Source: Ylistrum balloti (taxonomy: Eukaryota). Taken from it: 64,000 bases of DNA. Position 1 is the first letter of the stretch, and each line of letters opens with the position of its first letter. The stretch spans positions 682,001-746,000 of the forward strand of contig NW_026782115.1 of the NCBI RefSeq assembly GCF_031769215.1, given 5' to 3'. Below are positions 48,601 through 63,700 of the stretch, in pieces. A model generated the notes under the pieces. The model did not search any database. It was not told where the DNA came from and saw nothing but the letters and a program-made list of their open reading frames with translations. A program made the translations under genes and the position numbers.

Positions 48601-51600
48601 TTTTATAATTTTTTTATGGCAAGCGCACTTAAATGAACCTGGAAGTAAAACCAACGAAATGTGTCTCTTTTAGCAAGAGAATCCCAATCAGTCCGCAAAA
48701 TACAAATATCTTCTTTCCTTTTCACTGCGGAAATCCCTGCTAACTGCCATTCTGTGTCACGGAATGAGATCGGTTTTAAGTTTTGGCTTAAACTTCGTCA
48801 AATTCTTGAGCCAAATCTCTGCCAATCTGGTATACCATGCATGCACACACGTGTACTACACTATGCACGTTCAATACTGCAACGGCCGCTTAGCTCTTCA
48901 ACTATATATAATACTCGGCTACAGAGTTTCCTGATGGCAGCTGCCCGCGGAATGCCTCTCATCTTTGACATTATACTTTAAACAATTCCAATACACCTCG
49001 ATCAATTAACTCTCCAAAACCAAGCAGGAGGTCGGAACAGGAATGTGAAAACCATCCACGCGCCATTCACGCGCATGGTTCAACACCGGGTTCCGACTAC
49101 ACAAAACTTGCATACTAGCACATCTGGACAAACTAGGTCTATAGTAGGGTGTAGCATTCCACTCTTCTCTTGTTTACAAACACTAATAACTTCTTCAAAA
49201 GCATCGGCTATTTGAATTGAGCTTGATTCAGTGGCTGACCGCGGCTAATTGATATAAACAATCCGTCAAAACGTCTTTTCACTCATTTCGTCATTTCAAC
49301 AGAAACAAATCTTCTGTTACTAGAAACACGATACTTGAAGAATTTTTTGTTTTAGAAGGAACTTAAACGAATGTCTTAGCCGTTCAACGCCCTGATCCAT
49401 AAAGCTTACAGACGCATGTAGTACCGGTCATAAGGCACCTGTCAGGATCTCTTTCAGCATAGCTGTTACATTGTAATCGTGGCTGTTACGAATAAGAAAC
49501 TGCCAAGATTTAGAACGATATGATACATCGTATAGTTGACACTAATATCTTATTGTAATACCGGGCCAAAAATACACCAAGATGCCCCAAAAATAAATAC
49601 CATGCCACGTTTGACATACATATAATATAGACACTTGCACTCCACACCTCGTCACGCCGGTGCCAAATAGATGTGCCAAGAAACTGTTTGAAAACTCAGT
49701 AGAATACTGAAATATACTGTAAAATCATATATCTTCGTGGGTCTTCATTTTTGTGGTTTCGAAAAAAAATCGTAAACTCATGATTTCGTGAATAGATATA
49801 CATCTATACATCATCATTCTTATTTTAATATTAACAGTTCGCCGACATATGAATTCGTGGTTTAAAAGTACACACGAAATCAACTGAAATAAACCCACAC
49901 AAAAAATAATCATTTCGCAGTATAAAAGAAAGCAAAATTTTAGCATTGTATCCAGTTCTACTATTTTGCATCGCACAAAAGACACACAAGTGAATAGTAT
50001 CTTTTAAATTACAATAGGATATAGTAAATTAAACAATAAATAGATTCATCTAATTCTGCGTTTGTATTAAAACGTGTTATCCACTCGTGTGCCCTTTGTA
50101 CGTGCATTACGTGTTCTATCGTCAGCATTGCTTTTATGTTGGATGTTAAACAGAGGTCAAAACGGAACTATTCAGTACAGTCGGCATAGTACGGTAGAAG
50201 CTTACTCCAGACTTTGATATATATGTAATTACCATGCTTGTGTTAGAGTATAGGGTTTCTACTGTTTAAGAGCCCGTATGGACTATTCATTTACAGACCC
50301 CTACTGATGATAATATACCTGGTGATGTATGAACCTGGGTACCAATAGTCAGTTCAGTACAACATCAATTCAGGCTTCACTTATTTTACTTTATCTGTCA
50401 ACCACAGGTACGTCTTCTATATGGAATTAATATGGCGTCCTAGATTTATACATAATTAAAACTTTATTAAATGCTTTTAATACAGAGATACGTCTCAATT
50501 TGTAACAAATTATTTTACTTCACTGATATTGAACTCATAAAATCAAATTCAGTTGTCGAAAGAATCAAAATGTCATTTTTAATTATTATAAACATAAAAA
50601 ATATGATTTATAAGCAATCTCGATAAAACATGTTCAAGTTATTTGTTCACTTTGTTAAACATATTCATATACATACAGAAAAAAATAACTTTTGAAAATA
50701 AACGTAAATTATTTTGTGAACAGCTGTGAAACATGTTAAATACTACTGACTCTTTTCGGGTTCAGTGAAACGCGTGTGGCGTGTTGAATTGTACGTAACC
50801 GCACTATCCTTCTCAATCCGACCGCGGTACGAGCAGAGCCAAATCATTTTGCAATGCTGATATTTCGGCGGAGAAGTAACGACTGACAAATGATTGCATT
50901 CTATAATAGATTTGTTGTCAGGTTTGTTACATTTATTGGTGTGTAACATAAATTGGCTTAACTACATACTTATTGGTGCAGAATACAACATACATGTTAA
51001 ATATGAATTTTATACAGCAAAGATTGTGAAACAACTGATACTATTTTTTTATATTCCATTTTTGTGTTGTTTTTTTTTAATTTTCTCCCTGAAAATAAAA
51101 AAGAAAAAAAATAACGCTCTTACGCCTGTGTTCGATCAGAGGTCAATTGACGAAGTTATACTGACAAATGGTGTCAGTATAACGAGACTATTACGAATAT
51201 GATGCAGTTTAATTCGTTATTTGGCTCCACTGTTTCTAATTCTAAATCTGTATTAAAAGGCCCCCTCCACTTGTACATGTGTGTTTTTGTTCAATTTCTG
51301 ACACGTATCGACTGTCGATATAAGAGTTTTTACATGAATGCTAAGTGTCGGAATCCTGCTAGTCACACCGCTTCATCTCTCTATCAATAGCTAGGCACTC
51401 GTTTATAAATTATCATTCAAATTTTCTTGAAAAAAAATAACTGAATTTTCTTGAGACTCAAGGGTACATAACTTACACTTTTTTCGATGCTTACGTATTA
51501 TAATGATAGGTACTTCATGATACCACTTCATCGTTTTATAGCTGGCAAGGTTAGCTGTACAAAGTATTCCTATTTTTTTACTTCTCTTTTTAGTGTCATT

Positions 51601-52020
51601 AACACAAGATAAGCCACATTCTCTTCTTGAATGGAACTGCTCCTGCCACGATTTAATCTAATTTGATATAGACATTTAACTGTAATAAACTAGGGTAATC
51701 ACAAAGAAATTTCTTACAAAGATTTTTTTAAAGAAAAGTAATTCCGAAATCGGTGTTCGGGATGTAGATGTTGATAAAGTTGATATAAAGCAATTTCTAA
51801 AATCGTTCAAACTAGTTGTACGTCATGCCTAGCGTAATTACATTACAAATAGATACCCTGGTACATACGAGATAACATGCTGTTATTATGATATAAATAG
51901 ATACATGATACTCATCTTCACGAGTCAAAGGTGTTCAATTCGATACTCGTCAAACTGAAGAGATTGTAAGAGATCGCACTTGTAACTCTTGGCAGTTTGA
52001 GGAAGAGCACTGTTCTTGTG

Positions 52021-52085
52021 GTATGTCGTGTGGTGTTGTTGTTGTTACTGCTGCTGCTGCTGCTGTTGTTGTTGTTATCGTCGTC
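52021..52085. repeat. (GTT/GCT/GTC)n trinucleotide microsatellite
   Basis: gttgttgtt and gctgctgct runs leading into the gap. Confidence 0.95.
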
Positions 52086-52448
52086 NNNNNNNNNNNNNNN
52101 NNNNNNNNNNNNNNNNNNNNNNNNNNNNNNNNNNNNNNNNNNNNNNNNNNNNNNNNNNNNNNNNNNNNNNNNNNNNNNNNNNNNNNNNNNNNNNNNNNNN
52201 NNNNNNNNNNNNNNNNNNNNNNNNNNNNNNNNNNNNNNNNNNNNNNNNNNNNNNNNNNNNNNNNNNNNNNNNNNNNNNNNNNNNNNNNNNNNNNNNNNNN
52301 NNNNNNNNNNNNNNNNNNNNNNNNNNNNNNNNNNNNNNNNNNNNNNNNNNNNNNNNNNNNNNNNNNNNNNNNNNNNNNNNNNNNNNNNNNNNNNNNNNNN
52401 NNNNNNNNNNNNNNNNNNNNNNNNNNNNNNNNNNNNNNNNNNNNNNNN
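52086..52448. other. Assembly gap (N run)
   Basis: Run of N. Confidence 0.99.
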
Positions 52449-55400
52449 TAAGGGAACGCTACATTCTGTCATCTTTGTTACATTGTTTTATTTTCAATTT
52501 ATCTATTTATTTTCTATTACTAGCACTGCGTTGAAGATCTCTAACCTGTTTTAAAATCGCTTCCGCAAGTAAGTTTTATGTATTTTATTGGAATATATAT
52601 GTGCAAAGATATGAACATGATAAGGCCTGCACTTTTTGTACTATAGCATGTTGGGGAGGATTTTGTATGATTGAAAATGAGGTGTTGGTTAAATTGTAAA
52701 ATTGTATCAGACATATATGAATTCCGAAGTTACGTAATGATACGTGTACAGTTTCCTACTTACATCTACCGTAGTGTTTAATATATTAACATATATTGTA
52801 TAAGAATTAAAATGAGACATTCCGTGTAAATCTGTCTTAAATAGACTGAACACTAGTCTACCCACTAGTAGTAAACGCAATGCTGAAGGAGACACGTGAT
52901 TACTGGTGATTACTACATGTATAATCTCAAAAACATAACGCTAATTGATAGTTACAGAAAGCACTGTGTTGCTCTCCATACCATACCGTGCATATGTTAA
53001 GCGTTTTCTTGATAGTGACATTTTTGTTTTTGACCAACACAAAGATCATCTAAATGTTTGTAGCTAATGGAACAATAAATTATCCTACTCCATAATACAA
53101 TCCTTGTTGATAAAGTACTTGTAAAATGCAAATAGCTTATGTGTACTCATTACCTGTATCTATGCTAACGAATGCTCGTACTACATGGGGAGGGCGCCAA
53201 CAGATACTTAAAAACAAACCACAAAAACGCTTCTACTTTGTCCAGACGTAAATCAAACGAAAATCATAGCATGTCTTCACTTTCTCTGGATACTTAGACT
53301 CAAGAAACCCATAACATCACGGCCATAATCTTTCCATGGTACTTAGAGTTTATATCAGCAACAGAGCTTTCTGGCTGTAGTCTCTTTAGTGAAACCACAA
53401 ACAATACTTCAGTATCGTCTATATACTGTGAAGGCCAGTAAAATTACCGGCTACTTACTATACCAAACTATCGATAGACTTTCCCTTAATCTTGAAATAG
53501 GTTTAGTATGTCTAATAAAATTTACTCACATTCATGTTGGGATAGAAAGGGTTTTTTATGGGAAAACATTTGAATTCCAAGGTTCCTATATGTGTATATG
53601 TGCCGTTTGATCTTAAGTGCAGTGATGCCCTCCAAAGGCACATAACTACCAGTAATAGTACTGAAAAAAGCCAATACGTGTTATCATGAACCATTGTATT
53701 GAGAAATTATATACATTGTAAAACACGAAACATACATCAAACTTCATATTCACAATGACTGTACATATCACTTACTTTGTAATACAAGGTAATCATTGAT
53801 ACCTTCTTACGTAAGACAGACGGTCAAATTTTTTTGTTATTAATGATACATACGAGAACAATAAGTGCAATGAAACACGTATGAGTGTTATAGATATGCC
53901 TTCCGGTACCTTGATGCTGTGTGTGGTTGTAAGCCTGTGTGTGGTCATCAGATTGTCTCGTCAGTATAGCGAAACCTTGCTGTTTATAAGAAAACATTAA
54001 TTAATGTAATTATAATTTTAACATAACGTTTTATTGGTTAAAGGGAGGTAATGAACCAAGACAATGTATGGCATCCCATAATGTGTAGTGTTTCAAGGTA
54101 AGTGTGTTTGTGATATTTCAGATAGAACTGTAAATTATCGAGTTTCAAGCAAGACATCTGGTGGGTTTTTTTCTCTTTGGTAGAATATACAAAACGAGCT
54201 AAAACTTTAAAAAAAAATCAGTTTTTCATTAAAAAAATCAATACATTTTTTATCTAGGTATTTGTATGATTTTATCGAAGTTGAAATGAAACGCATTCCG
54301 TCCTAATGTTTACATACGATCCAGGGGACACAACTCCCCTTACTTTTATGTAAAGGTTGCCCTGTTTGAATCATACGGTCAAAAATTACTTGAAAAAGTA
54401 AACAACCAAAGATTGATATACTTGAACTTGTCCAACAATTAATAAAGATCAATGCAATGTAATGAAACATTGCAACAAATGTTATAAAACTTTATATAAG
54501 TAAACAAGTTTAAATAGCGTACTTATTTAACGTATAGCGTCTATGTTAAATTTTCTCAATGGTCACTGAATCATAGATTTTTATGCCGAGTATTGGGTAA
54601 ATACCCAAGAGTATATGCTGTTCAGTACAATTTCTGCTGAGGTTACAATTTTATTACTTCAGTAGACTTATATTCTGTTGGTTTTATAATTTAAACAAAT
54701 ATTTCATTCTGCAAATTAAATATCATATGTTTGTTTAAATGGTAAATTGAGGTGTCCGATTTCTATAAGAAAATAAGTAGATAATTTTGTACAGTTGTCT
54801 TCAAAACCATCCCAGGAATATCCATTTAATTAGACGTCTTTGTTATAGTTAAAAGTGAATAGAAAGATTTCACAAGGTCTTTGTGACCTTTTTTGATAAA
54901 TTCATCGATAAATCCAACCTCGAATGAAAACAAAAAAGACAGCCCTCCCGTGTAAGGGTTGTCCAATCACGCACGTAAACGATCCTCCTGCAGTTATCCA
55001 TGATAAGAGTAGACGCTTAACGCCGCTCAGGAGCCCATGTAATTCATAACTTTATTCGGCACTAGTGAAATTATTATAACCTATTAGGCATGGACTTCTA
55101 AATTTCTCAATCTGAAAGTCAGGACCGGACATAGGGGCAGCCTGGATGATCGGACAGTGCACCATGGATAGGACCCCCTCAACCACCGGAAGTCCAGACA
55201 CACATCACCAGTGGAAAAGATAGGAACCATTAGGCCTGGGAGTCGTCTCCAAATTCTAGACCAACCCACACTCAGATGACTCCACCCAATGCCTGTTTAC
55301 CTTTCTTAGACAAAAAAAAATTTTCATAACTAGAGATGAAGGCATTCCGTCACTTTAGAATGAAACAGAGTGGTGAACTGAGTTGAAAAATCAAAGGCTT

Positions 55401-55539
55401 CTCATAGAATGAATACATGTATTAAGTAAGATTTAACTAAAGGAAAATACTAGACCTTAAACCAGCCCTGAAAACTCAAGGAACAGATCCCAAAATATAA
55501 AGGCTCAAAATATAAGTCTGCGTCGTAAGTCTCTAAGCT

Positions 55540-55900
55540 GTCGATAGTATCACGATGTAGAAACACTGCAGGTTGAGAAAGCTGGTATGTTACCATTAAG
55601 ACAAGGGGGAAATTGAATTCATCGTGGCAATAAAGTTCAATAGGGTACCTGTTGGTAACGTTGTGATGGAGTTAATTTTCTAAACAACACCTCATCAGTA
55701 TATTTAAATATTGAAGTTGAATAACTTGGTAATCTCTTACATAGCCTCTGATGAATTGAACCTTGTATGAAAACAATAAAAAGTCGGTCAAGAAAGAGAT
55801 ATACATGGTTTAAGAAACTGAAAGACAAGGACAAGGTCTGGGTTCTCAGAAGAACAATTTTGACAAGAAAAACGCAAAGTCGGTTTCCCCGAGTATGCCA
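55540..55900 (-). pseudogene. Decayed Penelope-like retroelement reverse transcriptase fragment
   Basis: Minus-strand frameshifted motifs in the expected order: GIL-G (cf. GIPMG), LDRLF, FKYTDEVL (cf. FRYIDDVL catalytic motif), YPIEL, DEFNFPLV (cf. DDFNFPIV), GNIPA (cf. SNIPA). Confidence 0.7.
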
Positions 55901-56402
55901 GTTGCGAGATATAGGTCCTTGGTACTGATAGCGAAGAAACTGTCATACGGAAATCTGGTCATTCTTACGATTTCAATCCTCACTATAATTCATTACTAAG
56001 CTCAAATATAATTCATACATTTTCATCGCCTCCGTCTCTCAATGACAGGAGCAGTACAACGTAATGTTACATACCTACTGGAATCGACCAAGATTTACAT
56101 GGCGGGTGTCGTCGATGAAGCAGAAGACGTTTATTTTCTGGAACTTCATATAAATCTTTATTTTGCTCATATTCTGCTCTAGTTTCATAGTATTTGATTT
56201 CGAATTAAAATTCCTTTTGAAATGTCGGTATCTTGTAGGTCCTTTGTAACATTTGTAATGAGATGTAGTAATGTACATTGGGGAGAAATAAAATTCTGCT
56301 ATAAAGGAGTCATTTTACAGGCTCAACGGATGTGTCCAAGTCCTTATTCTATTCATTCCATATTTGGAGTATATATTATCGTTAGAAGACTGTAACTTTA
56401 AC

Positions 56403-56581
56403 NNNNNNNNNNNNNNNNNNNNNNNNNNNNNNNNNNNNNNNNNNNNNNNNNNNNNNNNNNNNNNNNNNNNNNNNNNNNNNNNNNNNNNNNNNNNNNNNNN
56501 NNNNNNNNNNNNNNNNNNNNNNNNNNNNNNNNNNNNNNNNNNNNNNNNNNNNNNNNNNNNNNNNNNNNNNNNNNNNNNNNN
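56403..56581. other. Assembly gap (N run)
   Basis: Run of N. Confidence 0.99.
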
Positions 56582-57750
56582 ACGATTCGAAATATTGGTA
56601 GAATTTGTAAAGGGAGATAAGTAAGATAAATGTTAACCTGATACATACTGTCATGTTAACAGATGTTGTGAAGATGTATGTAACAACTGTTTGATCAATA
56701 CATCGAACGAGAATCTCACATCAACGAATCTTAGCATAAAATACTGGAGTTACTTCCCCTTAATCATTTTCGACTTTCTTAGTCTCCGTGTGGTCGGGAA
56801 ACTCAGCTGCAAATCAATAATATGCATATTATACTTATATAGTGCTATTTTAGATTAGTTAACAATCACATTTTTTCCTTTGTGAGCAAACTGAAGAAGA
56901 ATTTGTCCCTTCTGTCTTTAATCAATAGTGTACTCACAGGAATTATTTGTAATTATTATATGATCGCATTTTCATATCATTAGAAGCCAATCGATGTATC
57001 AGGTTTCGTCCTTGTCGTTTATCTGTAATTCAGGTTGTCTGATGAAGTATAAAGGAAGGTGATATTTTAATCATCATGTGATATCATATTTTTTCTCTTT
57101 TTTTATTTATGTATTTATTTATTCTTTATTCCTATTTTTATCATGAGGACGTATGTTTAGGAAAATACTTTTCACTTTTAATCTTTACATATATCCGTCC
57201 TATCGTAATGCTGAATTATTTGATTTCACGAGCAGGTATTTTATTATTACGTCATTAATCTGCACGTCGTTTCTTATGACGTTATTCTCACAAACAAATG
57301 ACATAACAAACAATATCTGCTCACAAGAGCAGATAACTCTGTATTACGAAAACCTAGAATGTAAAGAGGAAAAATAAGGAATCGGCGACAAAACAGGTTG
57401 TTTAGTTTAGGTACGGTTGTAATTATTTGATAATGAGTCAAATAAATTAGGTTGATAAAGTATCTTTTCATCAGTAAAATAATGTCCTCCGCTTCAATTG
57501 ATTTGGTTTTGCAATGGCTGAATTTGTTACGGATTCGTTTCGTCTCAAAAATATTTTGTACCTGATAAATTTTTTGGTGTGATTTGAGTGTATCGTCACA
57601 TGTTTTGTCTGAAAGCACATATCTTAAACCAGGAAGCTATCCGAATAAATTGATATACAAAAACACATAGATAATGATCTATAAATATATGTAGATATGG
57701 AACTCAATATTACATCATAGTTTCACTGTTTGCATTGGATTCACATGTTT

Positions 57751-57792
57751 CATTTTGTAATCAACATTTTGTAATCAACATATTGTAATCAA
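57751..57792. repeat. 14-bp tandem repeat, three copies
   Basis: cattttgtaatcaa twice, then catattgtaatcaa. Confidence 0.9.
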
Positions 57793-60700
57793 AATTGTTA
57801 CCCGAAACAAAATCTCCTTAAGTTGATGAGATATAAAAGGATATTTTGCATTTTAGTACATCAATTAACATATTACTAATTTGTTGAAATAAATATAACA
57901 TTCAGGAAAATATATCAATATTTGCAACGATTGTCTGATAAAGTATTGATAATTTTGATTCGATCGGCATAAAGATATTTTCAAAAATGATTATAGGTCA
58001 AATTTATAAATAATTTCAATTATGAGAGCGTGCAGACAAATAAATCTAAAAAAAAAAAAAAAAATAGCTAATAGCATATACCATCGAAGTGTAAATCTAT
58101 CAACGCTTTTACAAATTTCATCGATGTTGTTCCACCAATGGTAATACCAATGGTTGTTTTGTTACATTTGCATCATCATATATAAAAATAACAAAATACA
58201 TTACCTTGCTCATGCTAACAAAACTCAGAATTACCTCCCTTTCTTTGAGTTAATATTTTTTTCTCGCTCTCTTCTTTTTCATTTTTCTTGTTATTTTTTC
58301 TTAACACCTTTTAAACATCGTACAAAATGTTTCAAAATAGTAAGCATGATAAAAAGAGATGTACATTTAAACTGTACGATAACTATGTGAAATTTATGTC
58401 CATGATCACAATGCTAGTCTAATTTTACACCTTACAAGTATGTTAAGTCTTATTTATAGGGAGGGAATTTACCCTGTTGTAATTGTAATCTAAATTGTAA
58501 GATCTTACACGTAAAAAAAGAAATTCGATAAAACTTTAACACAACTGTTAAAGACAATCAATTCTACAGCCTGGCCTTGAAAAGTTGGAGTGCTCCAAAA
58601 TAAGACAGACTACTACTCCAATGTATAAGTGGCATGTCTAAATTCCTAAGAGCGTAAAATCTGTCGACATTCCGGCAGCATATCTTACGAATGTTTCTAT
58701 TTTTTTCCACTTGTCAACAAAAAATGAACATTATAGATTTATCCAGTTATAAGTTTTGTAATCTTAAAATTGACGACTTATGTGTAAGGTTGTTTTTTTC
58801 TCACTATTCACCCTCAAGGTGATATAAGATACAACACGAAGACAAGTGAGACATATACATGTACATCATGGGTATTGAATGCGAACACCAAGATATATCA
58901 TACATTTGAAATTGCGCCTGCTGTAAAGTATCTTAACTATGCACTGATAAGTCCCTGTATCTATAGCTACACAACATACGAACTTATTATGACACCTCGA
59001 AACCACATAAAGAATATTGATATGAATCAAATACTCCTCGGACTAATTGCTACTGTTTGATCTCTGAGTTTTCGGTCGGTTAAAAAGGGCTGTTTTAATC
59101 TGATAAGTGACGTCATTAACGACCGTGGTAACATTCAGTCAATCTAAAATCAGAAATTATTATAGAATCAGTATGTTTGTTATAATTGTCGATATGTCAA
59201 TGAAACTACAGCAAAGGAAGGCGAGGAAATGAAGAGAAAAGTAATAGAGACGAACGCATGACATTTTTGGAAAATTATCAAATTATTGATGTAGTAATAT
59301 CCGTTATATATATTTTTAATTACACAAGTGTGCTATGACCTATCGAGGTTGTGATTGGTTGAATGCTCCTATTCTTTTCATCGTTGCTTAATGATATTGT
59401 GACGTCACCAAAGGAAGACGTAGAATGAGAACATCGTCAAAATTAGATTTTGTATCGGTCTAATAAAATCCTGTTTTCACGAACGTTAGCAAAATTATCT
59501 TAGTTATGTGATAAACAGGATCTTGCATTCGTGTCCATACATGTGAAACTTGTCACGAATTTATCCTGTATTGCTTTGGGACTCGATACAATGAAACTTA
59601 GGCGAACTCGTTTCATAGACCTAATATGAATTATAACACATTAAAGATCCTATACAAGTTCAATATTTGCGTTTTTAAAATGGATTTGAAACAAACAGAA
59701 ATCAGATTGATTTGTTATCGGATGTTAGGATCTATTTCACGCCTTTAATGACAGTCTTCATATATCGATATGCAGTCATTTTTCCTTTGTTGGGATAATG
59801 TACAAAGTAATAGGAATTAAAAAAAACAAATATTTATTTCAAAGTTTCACAAGAACCCTGTATAATACCGGATGTGATACCAACATCACGATTAATGTGT
59901 TATATATATCTCAGAGGTGTGCATGTGCTTTATAAGATAGCTAGACAAACCTGTCAAATAATATGATAAAATAATTTATGTAATCACAGTATCCTTGAAA
60001 TACATTACGTCTAATTTCTGAGTAAAACATGCTTTACGGTAACCAAATGTATATCTGCATTTGAGAATTTATGTCTGATAAATCAACCGGAATATAAGTG
60101 ATTGATGTAATAAATTGTTACAGCTCAGTAGTGTGGATGATAACGTGCAACACTAGGCATAGAAAGGACTACGTGTGATACATTACAGGGTATTTGTAAC
60201 CAAGCTCCCTCCATATCGTTAATGTTAAAGGATATACACACACAAAAAATCATACCTATGATTGTGTACATGTTATAAAAGTATGCTTTTCCAAGCATGT
60301 GGTTGCAGGTATTGGGGAAAAATAACAACAAACAACAAAGGGGCGTGGCTTATGCTTGAAATAAAACATCGATCTTATAGAATATGTTATAATATTAATA
60401 TGAATATATCAACATTTTTTTAAATAAGACGATGTCAACATCGTTTACATCTTAACATTATCTATATGAGTCAGCATATTTTGTCCAAATTGTAAAATTA
60501 TAGGTAATCGTTTATTTTATCAAGAATATGACCTATAAATTTTGGAAAGTTTCAGTACACAATATGAAAGTAAGGTGTTAACTCAACATAGAAGATTTAT
60601 ATTATGGTTTATCAAGGTAAAGTACAATTATCAGCAACACCTGGTCCTGAGTGACGAAAACACAGCCATTGATTATTAACCGTAAACTATAAGGAGATCA

Positions 60701-63700
60701 ATGTATGGTCATTTGCTTGGTCACGTGACTAGACGAAAGACGACTAAATTTATTCATATTAAATACAATTCTATATAACATTAGGCCAATATACGTCAGT
60801 ATATGTAAAATTGAGACCAAGTATCATGGTCAATTTATTCATTCTTATCTATCTAATTAAGGTAAATCCAACTCAGCCATTTTTAATATGTCTATATCGT
60901 ATAGATTTCTGTTTTTTTTTTTTTTTTTTCCTAGATTTTTTTTATTTATTTTTATTTTTTTTTTTTTTTTTTTGACTCTTTGACTTTTTGTCTCCGAAAT
61001 TTTCACATGAACGAGGTTCAAATCTATAATGATTAAATTTTAATTCCTAATTGCCACTGAAACAGGATCAACATTATACTTGTGGTCTCCTATGTAGGTA
61101 AAACGTTAGTCTGGCTCCGAGAAGAAATTGTAATTGAAAACAAAATTACTTTGTCACGGAATAGATGTCTGAATCTCAATTACACTTGTATAGAATTAAC
61201 GACAACCAGTAAATGCTGTAAACATTTTAGGTTCTACTACACACTATAGCTCAAATTCATAATGGATTAACATAGTCATCATTCAAAATACTCCAACCCA
61301 TTGTTATGTTTTTAATATTACCACATGTCAAATGCAAAGACGCCCATTTAAAATTATGTTTCCTTCAGTTTTTAAGGTAATTTGTTGTTGGCATAACAGA
61401 ATTTTGTAAAGTTTTTTTTCCCTTTCCGCTTAAGTCATAATCGCATTATGTCGTAATATTGTATGTGAGGATATGTTCCGGCAAGGGAACTAACTAATAT
61501 CATGTTTAGCTTAAGTTCTTAGTTAAAACTCTTGAGAAAGGCTTAAGATGATTACCTCGGGGGCGACTCTTTCATTCTGCAGGGCGACTGACGACTTAAA
61601 AATGAATTGATTCCACCGTGTTACAAGGAACATGTCCAATCCTTCCTACATGTAAATCATTTTTATATCTACTACATATCGTATAAAACGGAGTTACTGT
61701 ACTAGATGTCTTTCAATGATAATGAATTAGTTGTGGTCAGCCAGTAAGATACAACTGGTGCAAACTATCCCGAAAACTCTAACATGGTTATGATTATAAC
61801 TCGTGCAGGTTTGTGTGACATTTCCATTTTTTTGTTCTGTTGTTGATCTGTTTAAGCGTTGAGAAATATATACGATATGAACATTCATGTTTGTTTTACA
61901 GATTTTAAGTCACCATAAGTATATTGTCTTTGAAATTATTCACTATCATCTTTGCTAGCTTTGTCGTGAACTTAAATTATTTTTTTTCTACAGTGTTATG
62001 TTGAGAATCGATATATATATATGTGGCATCGATATATATCAATTTTCAACAACAGTGAAATATGATACCAAAGAACAAACGATTGTGTATATGATCAGGT
62101 AAGTTTCAAAATTATGTTTTTTTTTTTTTTTCAGGATTACAACGTCCATAAACGCCATAAAATTTATCCGTTTTATCCCACATTAGTGAAAGTGAATGGC
62201 TCAGACCTACCGTTGGATAAATTCAAATGTGATCTGCAGCAGATTGTAGGAAACGAATCTCTGCCCAAACGAATAAAAATACATCACGGAATATTACTAT
62301 GAGAGAGAGCATGTGTATATTATTTACAAAATAAATAAATAAACAAAAAAAAACAAATAAATAAACGAAACGACACCAACACGGAATGGAAATTTCATTC
62401 ACTTAGGTCTTTGATATTATCTAGCGAACTAAAATATCATATTTCATAAGTACATTTTACATCTTCAGAAACATTTATTGCACCGATAGAGGAGATGAGG
62501 ACTAGAAATAATGATGCTGTCGTCATGGCCGACGCTTACAAGGTAGATACATGCAATAAAAGTATTTAAAAAGTTAGAAATGTGTCCATTAATTATGTTT
62601 CAAATGTCAAAGTTTGTTTGTTCATTGTTTTACACAACGTTGGAAATTATTTACTATCGGCAAGAATAAAGTTCGCTTCCTGGTTATTGCATATTTAATT
62701 AGTTTTATGTTACGTGTAACAGAGATAAAAAGTAAAGTTATAGGCTCCGAACGAACATGATTCATTTTTGAAGTGAAACCATATTCGTAAAAACATGAAA
62801 CACTTCTGTAGATTTAGACGTTGCTATGTGAATTTTTGCAAACACTTCTTAAAACTCAGTTAACACACCTTCCGGAACTGCGAATTAACGAGTTTAAAAA
62901 CAGCGATTCATTCTGAGAGTTATAAGAAAGAGTAGTTTAATACCTAACATCTACTATTAGGGCTAACACCCTATAAATCAGGCATCATTATTGCGTGTGC
63001 ATCACGTGCGTTTTGATGTTTGTCACTACTCGAATACTCATCATCATGATCATCACGTTGATATCGTCTCTCTTTCTTACTCGGGAAGGTATGAACGTTA
63101 TACAGTCATTTGGAGAAGTGGCCAAACTTACACATCCTTCTATGTTATTGCATAATGTGATAGTCTTTTAGACCAACTCAAAGGGAAGGGCTGCGATGTG
63201 TTTTTGCACCCAAAGAGAAATTTGACTTAAAACTATGTGTTTCTCTCCTGCACTTGAAAGTAGTGTTGTTAAGACAAAGTACTTAAAACTACATTAGGAT
63301 TACAGTACATGCGTTCATAGTCGCAGGGCTAGGCATATTCCTTTAATTGGCATATCGAAATGCTGAGGCTAGCTCCAAGTGTAACCATCTGGTTTACTAG
63401 ACAACTTCGTACAACGTTGTTGAGATAAAAGATGCATTGGGCTTTCAACTGATAGTGAGATAGAATCATAGAAACTAGCACAAACGAGACGGTTTTTGCT
63501 ATCGTGTGACCAATGTTACCTATGCCGGATCATAAAACGAAGAAATTAAGTGTATAAGCCAGAATAAAGTGCGTATCGCCATATGAAATTGCACCATTAT
63601 AACCGCGATATTGCTGGATGTGATTATAATAATAGCCACCGTGGGCACTGATGTTGTCCCGTTCCGGTGTATGACACTTTACATAAGACGGTTGCGTTCC

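Noticed and set aside
51924-52020. Protein-like VKGVQFDTRQTEEIVRDRTCNSWQFEEEHCSC ending at donor G|gtatgt
   Set aside because: Upstream in-frame stop, weak acceptor, no partner exons found.
61994-62302. Exon-like segments ending DYNVHKRHKIYPFYPTLVKV...HHGILL* with strong splice signals; in-frame TGA considered as selenocysteine
   Set aside because: The implied intron is only 36 nt, no upstream exon joins in an open frame, and there is no SECIS-like structure downstream. A real terminal exon cannot be excluded without RNA-seq.
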